Assembly (NCBI RefSeq): GCF_004010195.1
Contig: NC_057727.1
Span: 17,437,306-17,501,305 of the forward strand
Reading direction: 5' to 3'
Length of the DNA: 64,000 bases
DNA from: Chiloscyllium plagiosum
Taxonomy: Eukaryota
Within the stretch, counting starts at the first letter, position 1. Each line of letters begins with the position of its first letter. This document shows positions 1 to 12,860 of the stretch, piece after piece. Below the pieces are notes generated by a model that was given only the letters and a program-made list of their open reading frames with translations, did no database searches and was not told the origin of the DNA. The position numbers were made by a program, and so were the translations under genes.

Positions 1-40
1 GGGGGGGCGGGGGGGGGGGAGAGCGGGGGGGGGGCGGAGT

Positions 41-1553
41 TAGGCGTTAGGCGTGCACCTGCATGGGCCCCAGCTTTGCCTGCCTCTTCGTCGGATATGT
101 GGAACAGTCCATCTTACGCAGCTACACTGGCACCAGCCCCCACCTTTTCCTCTGCTACATCAATGACTGTATCGGTGCTACCTTATGCTACCACAAGGAG
201 GTTGACCAGTTCATCCACTTTTCTAACACCTTCCACCCCGACCTCAAATTTACATGGACCGTCTCGGACTCCTCCCTCCCCTTCCTAGACCTCTCCATTT
301 CTATCTCGGGCAACCGACTCAACAAGGACATTTACTATTGACCGACTCCCACAGCTACCTAGATTACACCTCCTCCCACCCTGCCCCCTGTAAAAACACC
401 ATCCCACATTCCCAATTCCTTCGCCTCCGCTGCATCTGCTCCCAGAAGGACCAATTCCAATACCAAACAACCCAGATGGCCTCCTTCTTCAAAGACCGCA
501 ATATCCCCTCAGACGTGGTTGATGATGCTCTCCACCGCATCTCCTCCACTTCCCGCTTCTCCGCCCTTGAACCCCGCCCCTCCAATCGCCACCAGGACAG
601 AACCCCACTGGTCCTCACCTACCACCCCACCAACCTCCAGGTACATCGTATCATCCTTCATCATTTCCACCACCTCCAGACAGACCCCACCACCACGGAT
701 ATATTTCCCTCCCCTCCCCTATCAGCATTCTGGAAAGACCACTCATCCGCGACTCCCTCGTCAGGTCCACACCCCTCCCCTATCCAACCTCCACTCCCGG
801 CACCTTCCCCTGCAACCGCAAAAAATGCAAAACTTGCGCCCACACCTCTCCCCTCACTTCCCTCCAATGCCCCAAGGGATCCTTCCATATCCGTCACAAA
901 TTCACTTGCACCTCCACACACATCATTTACTGCATCCGCTGCACCCGATGTGGCCTCCTCTACATTGGGGAGACAGGCCGCCTAATTGCGGAACGTTTCA
1001 GAGAACACCTCTGGGACACCGGCACCAACCAACCCAACCACCCCGTAGCGGAACACTTTAACTCCCCTTCCCACTCTGCCAAGGACATGCAGGTCCTTGG
1101 CCTCCTCCATTGCCAGACCATGGCAACACGACGCCTGGAGGAAGAGTGCCTCATCTTCCGCCTAGGAACCCTCCAACCACGAGGGATGAATGCAGATTTC
1201 TCCAGCTTCCTCATTTCCCCTCCCCCCACCTTATCTCAGTCCTAACCCTTGGACTCAGCACCATCTTCTTGACCTGCAATCTTCTTCCCGACCTCTCTGC
1301 CGCCACCCCTCTCCGGCCTATCACCCTCACCTTAACCTCCTTCCACCTATCTCATTCCCAACGCCCCTCCCCCAAGTCCCTCTAGCCTACCTTTTATCTT
1401 AGCCTGCTTGGCAAACCTTCCTCATTCCTGAAGAAGGGCTTATGTCCGAAACGTCGATTCTCCTGCTCCTTGGATGCTGCCTGACCTGCTGCGCTTTTCC
1501 AGCAACACATTTTTCAGCTCTGATTTCCAGCATTTGCAGTCCTCACTTTCTTC
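41..1553 (+). mobile_element. Penelope-like retroelement, 3' part (RT C-terminus, GIY-YIG endonuclease, terminal repeat), frameshifted
   Basis: MGPSFACLFVGYVEQ..YINDCIG (YIDD-like RT motif), LPFLDLSISI, then CNRKKCKTC..YCIRCTRCGLLYIGETGR..ERFREH (GIY-YIG) across frames. Stop TAA at 1243-1245, followed by a pyrimidine-rich UTR and a terminal repeat containing a hammerhead core. Confidence 0.9.
1424..1459 (+). ncRNA. Minimal type I hammerhead ribozyme motif in the Penelope terminus
   Basis: attc-CTGAAGA-a-GGGC ttat GTCC-GAAA-CGTC-gatt: conserved core, stem II, palindromic stem III (ACGU) and a GUC cleavage triplet. Stem I pairs only partly. Confidence 0.8.
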
Positions 1554-1733
1554 CAATATGGCACAATGTGTGGATCTTCTTGTAATTACTATACTTTATC
1601 TGTAGGATGCTGCATAGAAACCTGTGGTGAAATTTGTATTAGATTAAAGGAACCACACTGCAAGTCATTTCTATGTGATTGTTGTAACATCACTGGACAA
1701 TTTCCTCCAGCTTTGTGATAAATTCCTACTTAC

Positions 1734-1917
1734 CATCAAAATCGCAACCATCAGAATCGCCAACACCATCATCCATGTCATTTTCCCCGTTGATTAGCTT
1801 ATCCTTTTTCTGAGGGCTCCTCGGGGGTTTAGGCACCTTCTTCTCTAACCACCCTCTGTTGCGTAGACTTTGTCGGATTAGTGGATATGGACCGTAGATA
1901 GTAAATATCCTTTTTAG
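1734..1917 (-). CDS. TTLL3: TTLL3 (tubulin monoglycylase) coding exon
   Basis: ttag|CTA...GAT G|gtaagt. Encodes [61 protein letters not shown], which matches the TTLL3/8 motif KKIFTIQG.YPVIR..LR.RGWVEKK. Synteny with ARPC4 favours TTLL3. Confidence 0.9.
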
Positions 1918-2439
1918 CTAAGTCATGAGAATGTTTATCAATTACTTACTACTTACTGAAAATATACTTCTTATTCACTTTTTAAAACAGAAAACAATGC
2001 TAGCTCATAACATATCTCATTGCAGAGCCTAACTTATCCAAACAAACGAACAAATATTTCCTCTGCGCATCGCAGTGATTTTCACAGTTTCATTATGCAT
2101 GTCATTCTATAGTGATGCTTTATTATGCCAATCATTTCTCTGACTATTCTGCAGTCGTTTTTAAGTAGATTTATCTTCAATTATATTAAGTATTTCAGAG
2201 CTGACAGAAAAATATAATTTCTATTTTTGTTTCACAGATTCACTGCCAAAGTTTTTGGAATCTATGATAGAGCAGAAAGGAGAATCTGCACAGACTCCAC
2301 AATACCCAGCAACCCACGAAACCAGTGTGAATCTTTCCTCACTAACATATTGCGCTTTCGGAGGAAGGTTGCAATTTTGGTATCATTTCGTAGCAAATGA
2401 AGGGGAAGTTTTATTGCCTGTAGGAACTAGGGATTGCAT

Positions 2440-3285
2440 GTTTGACAAGTTGTGTGAGTGGCAAATACATGGCAGATGAAGTATAATGTAGATAACTATG
2501 AGGTTATCCACTTTGACAGCAAAAGCAGGAAGACATATTATTTCTGAATGTCCTCGTACACCAGTTGCTGAAAGTAAGTATGCAGGTACAACAGGCAATG
2601 AAGAAGATGAATGGTATCTTAGCCTTCAGTGAGAGGGTTTGAGTGCAGGGATGTCTTGCTACAATTGGTAGCTTTGGTGAGACCACATCTGGAGTACTGT
2701 GTCAATCTTGGTCTTCTTATCTGATGATGGATGTTCTGGCTGCAGAGAGAGTGGCACCAAGATTTACTTGACTGATTCCTAGAGTGGCAAGAATGGTGTT
2801 TGCAGAGGGACTGGATAAATGAGGACTATATTCACAGAGTTTAGAGGAATGAAGGGGGTGGTCTCAGAAAAACCTACATAGTTTGGGCGGCACAGTGGCT
2901 CAGTGGTTAGCACTGCTGCCTCACAGCGCCAGAGACCCAGGTTCAATTCCCGCCTCAGGCAACTATCTGTGTGGAGTTTGCACATTCTCCCTGTGTCTGC
3001 GTGGGTTTCCTCCGGGTGCTCTGGTTTCCTCCCAGTCTAAAAATGTGCAGGTTAGGTGAATTGACCATGTTAAATTGCCCGTAGTGTTAGGTGAAGGGGT
3101 AAATGTAGGGGAATGGGTCTGGGTGGGGTTGCTCTTCGGAGGGTCGGTGTGGACTTGTTGGGCCGAAGGACCTGTTTCCGCACTGTAAGTAATCTAATCT
3201 AATTCTAACAGGACCAAACATATCAAATGTTCCTGATGACGAAGGAGTCCAGAATCATGAGCACACCAATCTAAGAATAGTGAAG
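2440..3285 (+). mobile_element. Old CR1 3' fragment interrupted by a SINE
   Basis: Degenerate W Q..Y N..K C E V I H F and LVRPHLEYCV motifs; the element resumes after the SINE at about 3203. Confidence 0.7.
2885..3202 (+). mobile_element. HE1-type tRNA-derived V-SINE
   Basis: gggcggcacagtggctcagtggttagcactg (A box), ggttcaattccc (B box), V-domain tgtggagtttgcacattctccc..gggtttcctccgggtgctc, CR1-like 3' end and (aatct)n tail. Confidence 0.9.
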
Positions 3286-3292
3286 TCAATGC

Positions 3293-6200
3293 AGGAGAGA
3301 GAGAGAGAGAAAGAAAGAAATTGACACTGCCCTTGCTGTTTGAATTCATATATCGCTGGACATTGGAGTGTATCTGGGAAATTTAACAAACAGTGAAATT
3401 CACAACTGATCTTAAAGGAACTGTTGGGAGAAGTTCACAGCACAGAATCAGATAAGTTAATTGTTTTAGGTGGCCTACAGAAAATCTGCAGTAGTGAGTA
3501 GAGTGGGTCCTTTCTTGATTATATGTTTTTAGAGATATGCCTCTTGATTAAACTTAAAATATAAGCCATAACTATTAATTTAACCTGGGGCAGTGTCTGT
3601 AGAGGAATAAGATGGCGTTATTGCTGGGTCTGTAGATTGTAAAGGAGCAAAAATGGCCGTTAGTAGAGTGATATGTGTTTCTTGTCAGATGTGGGAGTTT
3701 AAAGAGAGTTTAAGAGTTACTGCGGATTATATCTGCCATAAATGCTATTGGATGCGAATCTTATCAGATCAAATAGATTGGCTGGAGAGACAGTTCAAAG
3801 CAATGAGGAATTTGCAACAACTATAGCATGTGATGGATGGCAGTTATAAGAAAGGGGAAAGTCTCAGATACAGTCACATAGATGGGTTAACTCCCGGAAA
3901 GATAAGAGAGGAGTCTTTTGTGGCGATATCCATTTCAAACAGGTATGCTGTTTTGGAAAATGTAGGGGGTGATGGATTCTCAGGGGAATGTAGCACGAAC
4001 AGCCAAGTTTCTGGTATTGAGACTGGCTCTAATGCAACGAGGGGTACGTCAGGTTCCAAGAGATCAATTGTGTTAGGGAATTCTCTAGTCCGAGGTACAG
4101 ACAGACGTTTCTGTGGCCAGCAGCGAAAAAACAGAATGGTGTGTTGCCTCCCTGTCTCAGGGAGGCAACACACCATTTCAAGGATGTCTCAGAGAGGGTG
4201 CAGAATGTTCTCATGTGGGAGAGGAGCCACATTGGAACTAACGACATAGGAAGGGAAAAGGTTGAGATTCTGAAGGGAGATTACAGAGAGTTAGGCAGAA
4301 ATTTCAAAAGGAGGTCCTCGAAAGTAGTAATATCTGGATTACTCCCGGTGCTACGAGCTAGTGAGGGCGGGAATAGGAGGATAGAGCAGATGGATGCATG
4401 GCTGAGGAGCTGGTGTATGGGAGAAGGATTCACATTTTTGGATCATTGGAATCTCTTTTGGAGTAGAAGTGACCTGTACAAGAAGGACAGATTGCACCTA
4501 AATTGGAAGGGGACTAATATACTGGCAGGGAAATTAGCTAGAGCTGCTTGGGAGGATTTAAACTGTAAGGTGGGGGCATGGAGGGTGGGACCCAGGGAGA
4601 TAGTGAGGAAAGAGGTCAATCTGAGACTGGTACAGTTGAGAACAGAAGCGAGTCAAAAAGTCAGGGCAGGCAGGGACAAGGTAGGACTAATAAATTAAAC
4701 TGCATTTATTTCAATGCAAGGGGCCTAACAGGGAAGGCAGATGAACTCAGGGCATGGTTAGGAACATGGGACTGGGATATCATAGCAATTACAGAAACAT
4801 GGCTCAGTGATGGGCAGACTGGTAGCTTAATGTTCCAGGATACAAATGCTACAGGAAGGATAGAAAGGGAGGCAAGAGAGGAGGGGGAGTGGCATCCTTG
4901 ATAAGGGATAGCATTACAGCTGTGCTGAGGGAGGATATTCTTGGAAATACATCCAGGGAAATTATTTGGGTGGAACTGAGAAATAAGAAAGGGATGATCA
5001 CCTTATTGGGATTGTATTATAGACCCCTGAATAGTCAGAGGGAACTTGTTTCTTAATTTTCCCAGACGCACTCCGATGTCCAGTGATACATGAATTCAAA
5101 AACAGCAAAGGCAGTAACTGTGCAGGTTCTCTCTCTCTCTCTCTGTCTCTCCTGCTCTGTCCTCACCATGTGCTTCCTTTGTCTGTTCTTCTCCCTTTTA
5201 AAACTGCTGTTGTTTTGACTTTTTTTTCCCAAAGTTCCAAAACAATGCAACAGTAATTGCTTCTCCTGGAATTCGAGGAAATCACCTCCAACACCGAAAA
5301 TACCTCAAAAAAAGGAGCAGCTGTTACAACCAGAAATTTTTCCCGTCCTCCATCTTGGATTACCCAGAATCCTTGTGGTAGGGGATTTTAACTTTCCAAA
5401 CATAGACTGGGACTGCCATTGTGTAAAGGGTTTAGATGGAGAGGAACTTGTTAAGTGTGTACAAGAACATTTTCTGATTCAGTGTGTGGATGTACCTACC
5501 AGAGAAGGTGCAAAACTTGACCTACTCTTGGGAAATAAGGCAGGGCAGGTGTCTGAGGTGTCAGTGGGGGAGCACTTTGGGGCCAGCGACCATGATTCTA
5601 TTAGATTTAAAATAGTGATGAAAAAGGATAGACCAGATCTAAAAGTTGAAGTTCTAAATTGGAGAAAGGCCAATTTTGACGGTATTAGGCAAGAACTTTC
5701 AAAAGCTGACTGGGGGCAGATATTCACAGGTAAAGTGACGGCTGGAAAATGGGAAGCCTTCAGAAATGAGATAACGAGAATCCAGAGAAAGTATATTCCT
5801 GGTAGGGTGAAAGAAAATGCTAGTAGGTATAGGAAATACTGGATGACTAAAGAAATTGAGGGTTTGGTTAAGAAAACGAAGGAAGGATATGTCAGGTATA
5901 GACAGCATAGATCGAGTGAATCCTTAGAAGAGTATAAAGAAAGTAGGAGTACACTTAAGAGGGAAATCAGGAGGGCAAAAAGGGGACATGAGATAGCTTT
6001 GGCAAATAGAATTAAGGAGAATCCAAAGGGTCTTTACAAATACATTAAGGACAAAAGGGTAACTAGGGAGAGAATAGGGCCTCTCGAAGATCAGCAAGGC
6101 GGCCTTTGTGTGGAGCCACAGAAAATGGGGGAGCTACTAAACGAGTATTTTCCATCAGTACTTACAGTGGAAAAGGATTTGGAAGATATAGACTCTCGGG

Positions 6201-8052
6201 AAATAGAGGGTGGCACCTTGCAAAATGTCCATATTAGAGAGGAGGAAGTGCTGGATGTCTTGAAACGCATAAAGGTGGATAAATCCCCAGGACCTCATCA
6301 GGTGTACCCTCGAACTCTGTGGGAAGCTAGAGAAGTAATTGATGGGCCTCTTGCTGAAATATTTGTATCATTGATAGTCACAGGTGAGGTGCTGAAAGAC
6401 TGGAGGGTGGCTAACGTAGTGCCACTGTTTAAGAAGGGTGGTAAGGACAAGCCAGGGAACTATAGATCAGCAAGCCAGACGTCGATGGTGGACAAGTTGT
6501 TGGAGGGAATCCCGAGGGACAGGATGTATATGTATTTGAAAAGACAAGGACTGATTAGGGATAGTCAACATGGCTTTGTGCGTAGGAAATTATGTCTCAC
6601 AAACTTGATTGAGTTTTTTGAAAAAGTAACAAAGAGGATTGATGAGGGCTGAGCGGTAGATATGATCTATATGGACTTCAGTAAGGCGTTTGACAAGATT
6701 CCCCATGGGAGACTGATTTGCAAGGTTGGATCTCATGGAATACAGAGAGAACTAGCTATTTGGATACAGAACTGGCTTAAAGGTAGAAGACAGAGAGTGG
6801 TGGTGGAGGGTTGTTTTTCAGACTGGAGGCCTGTGACCAGTGGAGTGCCACAAAGATCGGTGCTGAGCCCTCTACTTTTTGTCATTTACATAAATGATTT
6901 GGATGTGAGCATAAGAGGTGCAGTTGGTAAGTTTGCAGATGACATCAAAATTGGAGGTGTAGTGGACAACAAAGAGGAATACCTCAGACTACAACAGGAT
7001 CTTGAAGAGATGAGCCAATGGGCTGAGAAGTGGCAGATGGAATTTAATTCACATAAACGCAAGGTGCTACATTTTGGGTGCTACATATGATAAGGTCCGA
7101 GGGAGTGTTGCTGAACAAAGAGACTTTGAAGTGCAGGTTCATAGCTCCTTGAAAGTGGAGTCGCAGGTAGATAGGATAATGAAGAAGGCATTTGGTATGC
7201 TTTCTTTTATTGGTCAGAGTACGAAGTACAGGAGTTGGGAAGTCATGTTGCGGCTGTACAAGACATTGGTTAGGCCACTATTGGAATATTACGTGCAATT
7301 CTTACCTCCTTTGTATTGGAGTGCAGGTTCATAGCTCCTTGAAAGTGGAGTTGCAGGTAGATAGGATAGTGAAGAAGGCGTTTGGTATGCTTTCCTTTAT
7401 TGGTCAGAGTATTGAGTACAGGAGTTGGGAGGTCATGTTGCGGCTGCACAGGACATTGGTTAGGCCACTGTTGGAATATTGCATGCAATTCTGGTCTCCT
7501 TCCTATTGGAAGGATGTTATGAAACTTGAAAGGGTTCAGAAAAGATTTACAAGGATGTTGCCAGGGTTGGAGGATTTGAGCTATAAGGAGAGGATGAACA
7601 GGCTGGGGCTGTTTTCCCTGGAGCATCAGAGGCTGAGGGGTGACCTTATAGAGGTTTACAAAATTATGAGGGGCCTGGGGTGGAGGAGTCCAGAACTAGA
7701 GGGCATAGGTTTAGGGTGAGAGGGGAAAGATATAAAAGAGACCTAAGGGGCAACTTTTTCACACAGAGGGTGGTTCGTGTATGGAATGGGCTGTCAGAGG
7801 AAGTGGTGGAGGCTGGTACAATTGCAACATTTAAGAGGCATTTGGATGGGTATATGAATAGGAAGGGTTTGGAGGGATATGGGCCAGGTGCTGGTAGGTG
7901 GGACTAGATTGGGTTGGGATATCTGATCGGCATGAATAGGAAGGGTTTGGAGGGATATGGGCCGGGTGCTGGTAGGTGGGACTAGATAGGGTTGGGATAT
8001 CTGATCGGCATGGACAGGTTGGACCGAAGGGTCTGTTTCCATGCTGTACATC
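3293..8052 (+). mobile_element. Near full-length CR1 (HER-like) LINE, inactivated
   Basis: GA-rich 5'UTR. ORF1 from 3653 (CVSC..CHKC zinc finger; SGNH esterase GNSLVRG, HIGTND, DRLHLN) carries a stop and frameshifts. ORF2 has APE motifs (YFNARGL, IAITETWL, GDFNFP) and RT motifs (KSPGP, QHGF, DFSKAFD, FADD, LVRPLLEYC), followed by a CR1 3' tail. Confidence 0.95.
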
Positions 8053-9068
8053 CAGAAAGCAGGTAACTGCAAGCCAGTCATGGGAAGATGATAGAAACTA
8101 TTATCAAAGATGTTATAGCATGGCATTTAGAAAAATTCAAGGCAACCAGGAAGAGCCAATATGGTTTTATGAAACGGGAATCATGTTTTTTTAGAAATGT
8201 ATTGGCGTTGTTTAAGGAAGTATCATGCTGTCAGTAAAAGGGAACTTATGTACTGTACTTGGATTTCCAGATTTGATAAAGTGCCCCATCAAAGGTTATT
8301 GCAGAAAGCTTATGGTGTAGGATGATAACATGTTGGCTTGGATAGATGAATGACAACTAACAGGAAAGAGGGAAAATTTTAAATAGGTAATGTTCTAACT
8401 GGCAGGATGTAACCAGTGACATGGCACAGGGATTAGTGCTGGGGCCTCCACTTAATTCACTTTATACAAATGATTTGAATGACAAGCATGGTTGCTAAAT
8501 TTCCTGATGACATAAAGATAGATATGAAAGTCAGTTGTGAAACTGACATAAAAAACTTTTAAAGGGATATAGATAGATTAATTAAGTGAACAAAGATCTG
8601 GTAAATGAAGTAAATGCAGGAAAATGAGAAATTGTTGATTTTTGCTGGAAAAATTCAAAAATAAACATATTATCCAAATGTTGAGAGATTGTAGTGCCTA
8701 GAGATGTAGAGGGATCCTGGTGTCCTTGAGCGTGAATTGCAAAAGTTTAGTATGCAGGTACAGCAAGGAATTTGGAAAGGTAATAGATTGAGATTGTGTA
8801 CTGCAAAAGGGATGATACACATAAGTATGGAAGTTATGATTGTCATGTACAAGGCATTGGCGAGATCACATCTGGACTACTGTTTACACTATCGGTCTCC
8901 TTATTTAAGGAAGGACTTAAATGGATTGTAAAACATTCAGAGAAACTTTACTAGAGTAATACCTGAAATGGGTGATTTCTCTTGTGAGGAAAACTTTGAA
9001 TGGCTAGGCTTGTATCCATTGGAGTTTTAGAGTAAGAGGTGACTTGATTCAAACATATAAGATCCTGT
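8053..9068 (+). mobile_element. Old degenerate CR1 RT fragment
   Basis: Decayed ..GF.KR.SC, FDKVPH.RL, KFPDDIK and LARSHLDYC motifs. Confidence 0.75.
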
Positions 9069-9550
9069 TTGAGGATTATCAAGCACTAGGAAGGAAATTG
9101 AAGTACAGGTCCTCAAGGGTCATAATCTCTGGATTACTGCCCGAGCCACGTGCCAATTGGCATAGGGATAAGAAAATTAGGAAAGTAAACACGTGGCTAA
9201 GGGGTTGGTGTAGGAAAGAGGGATTCCATTTCATGGGGCATTGGCATCAGTTTTGGAACCGGGGGGATCTGTAGCATTGGGACGGTCTTCACCTGAACCG
9301 AACGGGTACCAATGTTCTAGCAAAGAGGATAAATAGGGTGGTCAGTAGGACTTTAAACTTCTGAGTTGGGGGGAAGGGAAAGTGAAAGCAACAGGGAGTA
9401 TGGAGTTAAATGGAAAGATAAGCAGCAGGATAGAATGTTGATTTAACCTTGAGGCAGATTAGGAATGCAACAAAAAGGAAGGATAACTTAGGACATCTTA
9501 TGACTTCCAATATCTCGAATGATAAGAATGTTAGCATTAAGGCACTTTAC
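9069..9550 (+). mobile_element. CR1 ORF1 esterase end / ORF2 start of a second, younger element (cut by assembly gap)
   Basis: VIISGLLPEPRANWHR..WCRKEGFHFMGHW..WDGLHLN, then SIKALY before the N run. Confidence 0.85.
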
Positions 9551-9610
9551 NNNNNNNNNNNNNNNNNNNNNNNNNNNNNNNNNNNNNNNNNNNNNNNNNN
9601 NNNNNNNNNN
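9551..9610. other. Assembly gap
   Basis: 60 N bases. Confidence 1.
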
Positions 9611-10400
9611 CTTCCGATTCATATACTCATCCAGATGCCTTTTAATTGTTGCAATTGTACCAGCCTCCACCACTTCCTCTGGCAGCTCATTCCATACATG
9701 TACCACACTCTGCGTGACAAGGTTGCCTCTTAGGTCTCTTTTATATCTTTCTCCTCTCACCCTAAACCTATGCCCTCTAGTACTGGACATCCCCACCCCA
9801 GGGAAAAGACGTTGTCTTTATCCTATCCATGACTCTCATGATTTTATGAACCTCTATAAGATCAACCATCAGTCTCCGATGGTCCAGGGAAAATAGCCCC
9901 AGCCTATTCAACCTCTCCCTATAACACAAATCCTCCAACCCTGGCAACATCCTTGGAAATCTTTTCTGAACCCTTTCAAGTTCACAACATCCTTCCAATA
10001 GGAAGGAGTCCAGAACTGCGCACAATATTCCAACAGTGGCCTAACCAATTTCCTGTACAGCCGCAACTTGCCTTCTCAACCAAAGCTTTTGTTCTGTATT
10101 GCCCCGCGTGATGAAACATTCTCTCTACATTTAGTCTGTCAATCCACTTTAGCACTTTATGTACCTCAATTAGATCTCTTGTCATTCTTATAAACACAGA
10201 AAATAGACCTAAACAGTGCAATCTCTCTCCGTAAGATAAACCCTTCATCTCCAGAATCAATCTAGTGAGTCTCCTCTGAACTAGCTCCAGTTAACCACAT
10301 CCCTCCTCAAGTAAGGGGACCAAAATAATGCACAATACTCCAGCTGAGGTCACATTAATGCCCTGTGCAGTTGCAGTTACATACACTACTTAACAATGCT
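9611..10400 (-). mobile_element. CR1 3' fragments (two adjacent copies)
   Basis: Minus-strand ORFs ELERVQKRFPRMLPGLEDL..RLGLFSL, STRGHRFRVRG and GLSYGERLHCLGLFS. Confidence 0.85.
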
Positions 10401-10905
10401 TTCTAATTTTACATTCTACTATAAAATAATATATTCATTATTACTTTTGCTTTCCTTAATGTAAAACTTGCCACTGGGGCTAAGGAATAATGCTGACAAG
10501 GAAGAGAGCTATTTGCACGTAGAACCTGCACACGTCATGGTTGATGTTGATTTTTGTTTGATATTTGCTTTCACTGAGGTCTTGCTGAGTCACACACCAG
10601 TAGGTGATGTTGCAAGAGTGGTAAAATATAGAATATCAGTTTTCACCTTCTTACATTTATCTTTGATACCCGAGACAATCATGGGCTAAAATCATTTTTA
10701 TATGGGCAAAAAAAAATCACCTGAACACAAAGTGCGTCAAATTCAGGAAGCCAATGTGAAATACATGAAATCATTTGAACTGAATTGATCATTTTATCCA
10801 AAGGCATGGAAACCAGTTAATTGAGTCAAGCAAGAAGAAATTTAGATCTAATTTACACTTGTATGAACAAATTTTTTGATTAGATTCCCTACAGCATGGA
10901 GACAG

Positions 10906-12860
10906 ACATTTGAAATCAGAAGGTTGGGAAGGCTACAAAAACAAACAGAGGATAACAAAGAGAGAAATAAGGAAGGAGAGGATCAAATATGAAGGTAGGC
11001 TAGCCAGTAATATTAGAAATGATAGTAAAAGTTTATTTCAATACATAAGAAACAAACGGCAGGCAAGAGTAGACATTGGGCCACTTCAAACTGATGTTGG
11101 AAGCCTAGTGATGGGAGATAAGGAAATGGCTGGAGAACTTAATAAGTACTTTGCGTCAGTCTTCACAGTGGAAGACATGAGTAATATCCCAACAATTAAA
11201 GGGAGTCAGGGGGCTGAGTTGAGTATGGTTGCCATTACAAAAGAGATAGTGCTAGAAAAGCTAAAAGGTCTTAAAATTGATAAATCTCCTGGCCCCGATG
11301 GGCTACATCCTAGAGTTCTGAGGGAGGTGGCTGAGGAAATAGCGGATGCGTTGGTTGAGATCTTTCGAAAGTTACTGGAGTCAGGGAAAGTCCTGGATAA
11401 TTGGAAGACCATTGTTGTAGCCCCATTGTTCAAGAAAGAATCAAGACAAAAGATGGAAAATTATAGGCCAATTAGCCTAACCTCGGTTGTTGGTAAAATT
11501 CTAGAATCCATCGTTAAGGACGAGGTTTCTAAATTCTTGGAAGAGCAGGGTCAGATTAGAACAAGTCAACATGGATTTAGTAAGGGGAGGTCGTGCCTGA
11601 CAACCCTGTTAGAATTCTTTGAAGAGGTGACAATTAGGTTAGACCAGGGAAACCCAGTGGATGTGATCTATCTAGACTTCCAAAAGGCCTTTGATAAGGT
11701 GCCACATGGAAGGCTGCTTAGTAAGGTGAGGGCCCATGGTGTTCGAGGTGAGCTATTGGCATGGATTGAAGATTGGCTGTCTGACAGAAGGCAAAGAGTT
11801 GGGATAAGAGGTTCTTTTTCGGAATGGCAGCCGGTGACAAGCAGTGTCCCACAGGGTTCAGTGTTGGGGCCGCAGCTGTTCATGTTATATATTAATGATC
11901 TGGATGAAGGCACTAGGGGCATTCTAGCGAAGTTTGCCGATGATACGAAAATAGGTGGACAGGCAAGTAGTACTGAGGAAATGGGGAGGCTGCAGAAGGA
12001 TCTAGATGGTTTGGGAGTGGTCCAGGAAATGGCTGATGAAGTTCAATGTGAGCAAATGCGAGGTCTTGCATTTTGGACAAAAGAATACAAGCATGGACTA
12101 CTTTCTAAACCGTAGAAAATTCATAAAGCCAAAGTACAAAGGGATCTGGGAGTGCTAGTCGAGGATTCTCTAAAGGTAAACATGCAGGTTGAATCCGTGA
12201 TTAAGAAAGAGAATGCAATGTTGTCATTTATCTCAAGAGGGTTGGAATATAAAAGCAGCGATGTGCTACTGAGACTTTATAAAGCTCTGGTTAGGCCCCA
12301 TTTGGAGTACTGTGTCCAGTTTTGGGCCCTACACCTCAGGAGGGACACACTGGCACTGGAGCATGTCCAGCGGAGATTCACACGGATGATCCCTGGAATG
12401 GTAGGTCTAACATACGAGGAACGGCTGAGGATCCTGGGATTGTACTCATTGGAGTTTAGAAGGTTAAGGGGAGATCTAATAGAAACTTACAAGATAATAC
12501 ATGGCTTGGAAATGGTGGACGCTAAGAAATTGTTTCCGTTAGGTGAGGAGACTAGGACCCGTGGGCAGAGCCTTAGAATTAGAGGGGGTCAATTCAGAAC
12601 AGAAATGTGGAGACATTTCTTCAGTCAGAGAGTGGTGGGCCTGTGGCATTCATTGCCGCGGAGTGCAGTGGAGGCCGGGACGCTAAATGTCTTCAAGGCA
12701 GAGATTGATAAATTCTTAATGTCACAAGGAATTAAGGGCTATGGGGAGAATGTGGGTAAGTGGAGTTGAAATGCCCATCAGCCATGGTTAAATGGCGGAG
12801 TGGACTCAATAGGCCGAATGGCCTTACTTCCACTCCTATGTCTTATGGTCTTATGGTCTA
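10906..12860 (+). mobile_element. 5'-truncated, relatively young CR1 LINE (RT region)
   Basis: 401-aa and 205-aa ORFs with KSPGPDGLHP, NYRPISLTS, YLDFQKAFDKVPH, FADD and LVRPHLEYC; (tcttatgg)n tail. Confidence 0.95.

Noticed and set aside
1-53. G-runs plus ttaggcgttaggcg (telomere-like or G-quadruplex)
   Set aside because: Only two units, not vertebrate TTAGGG, at the window edge; probably low-complexity sequence or a Penelope junction.
254-1402. Pro/Ser-rich ORFs (243, 180 and 91 aa)
   Set aside because: Alternative or frameshifted frames of the C-rich Penelope element.
2885-2960. tRNA gene
   Set aside because: The tRNA-like head continues into a V-SINE body and tail.
5375-12769. Long RT ORFs as host genes or an active LINE
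   Set aside because: CR1 ORF2 pieces with stops, frameshifts and truncation.
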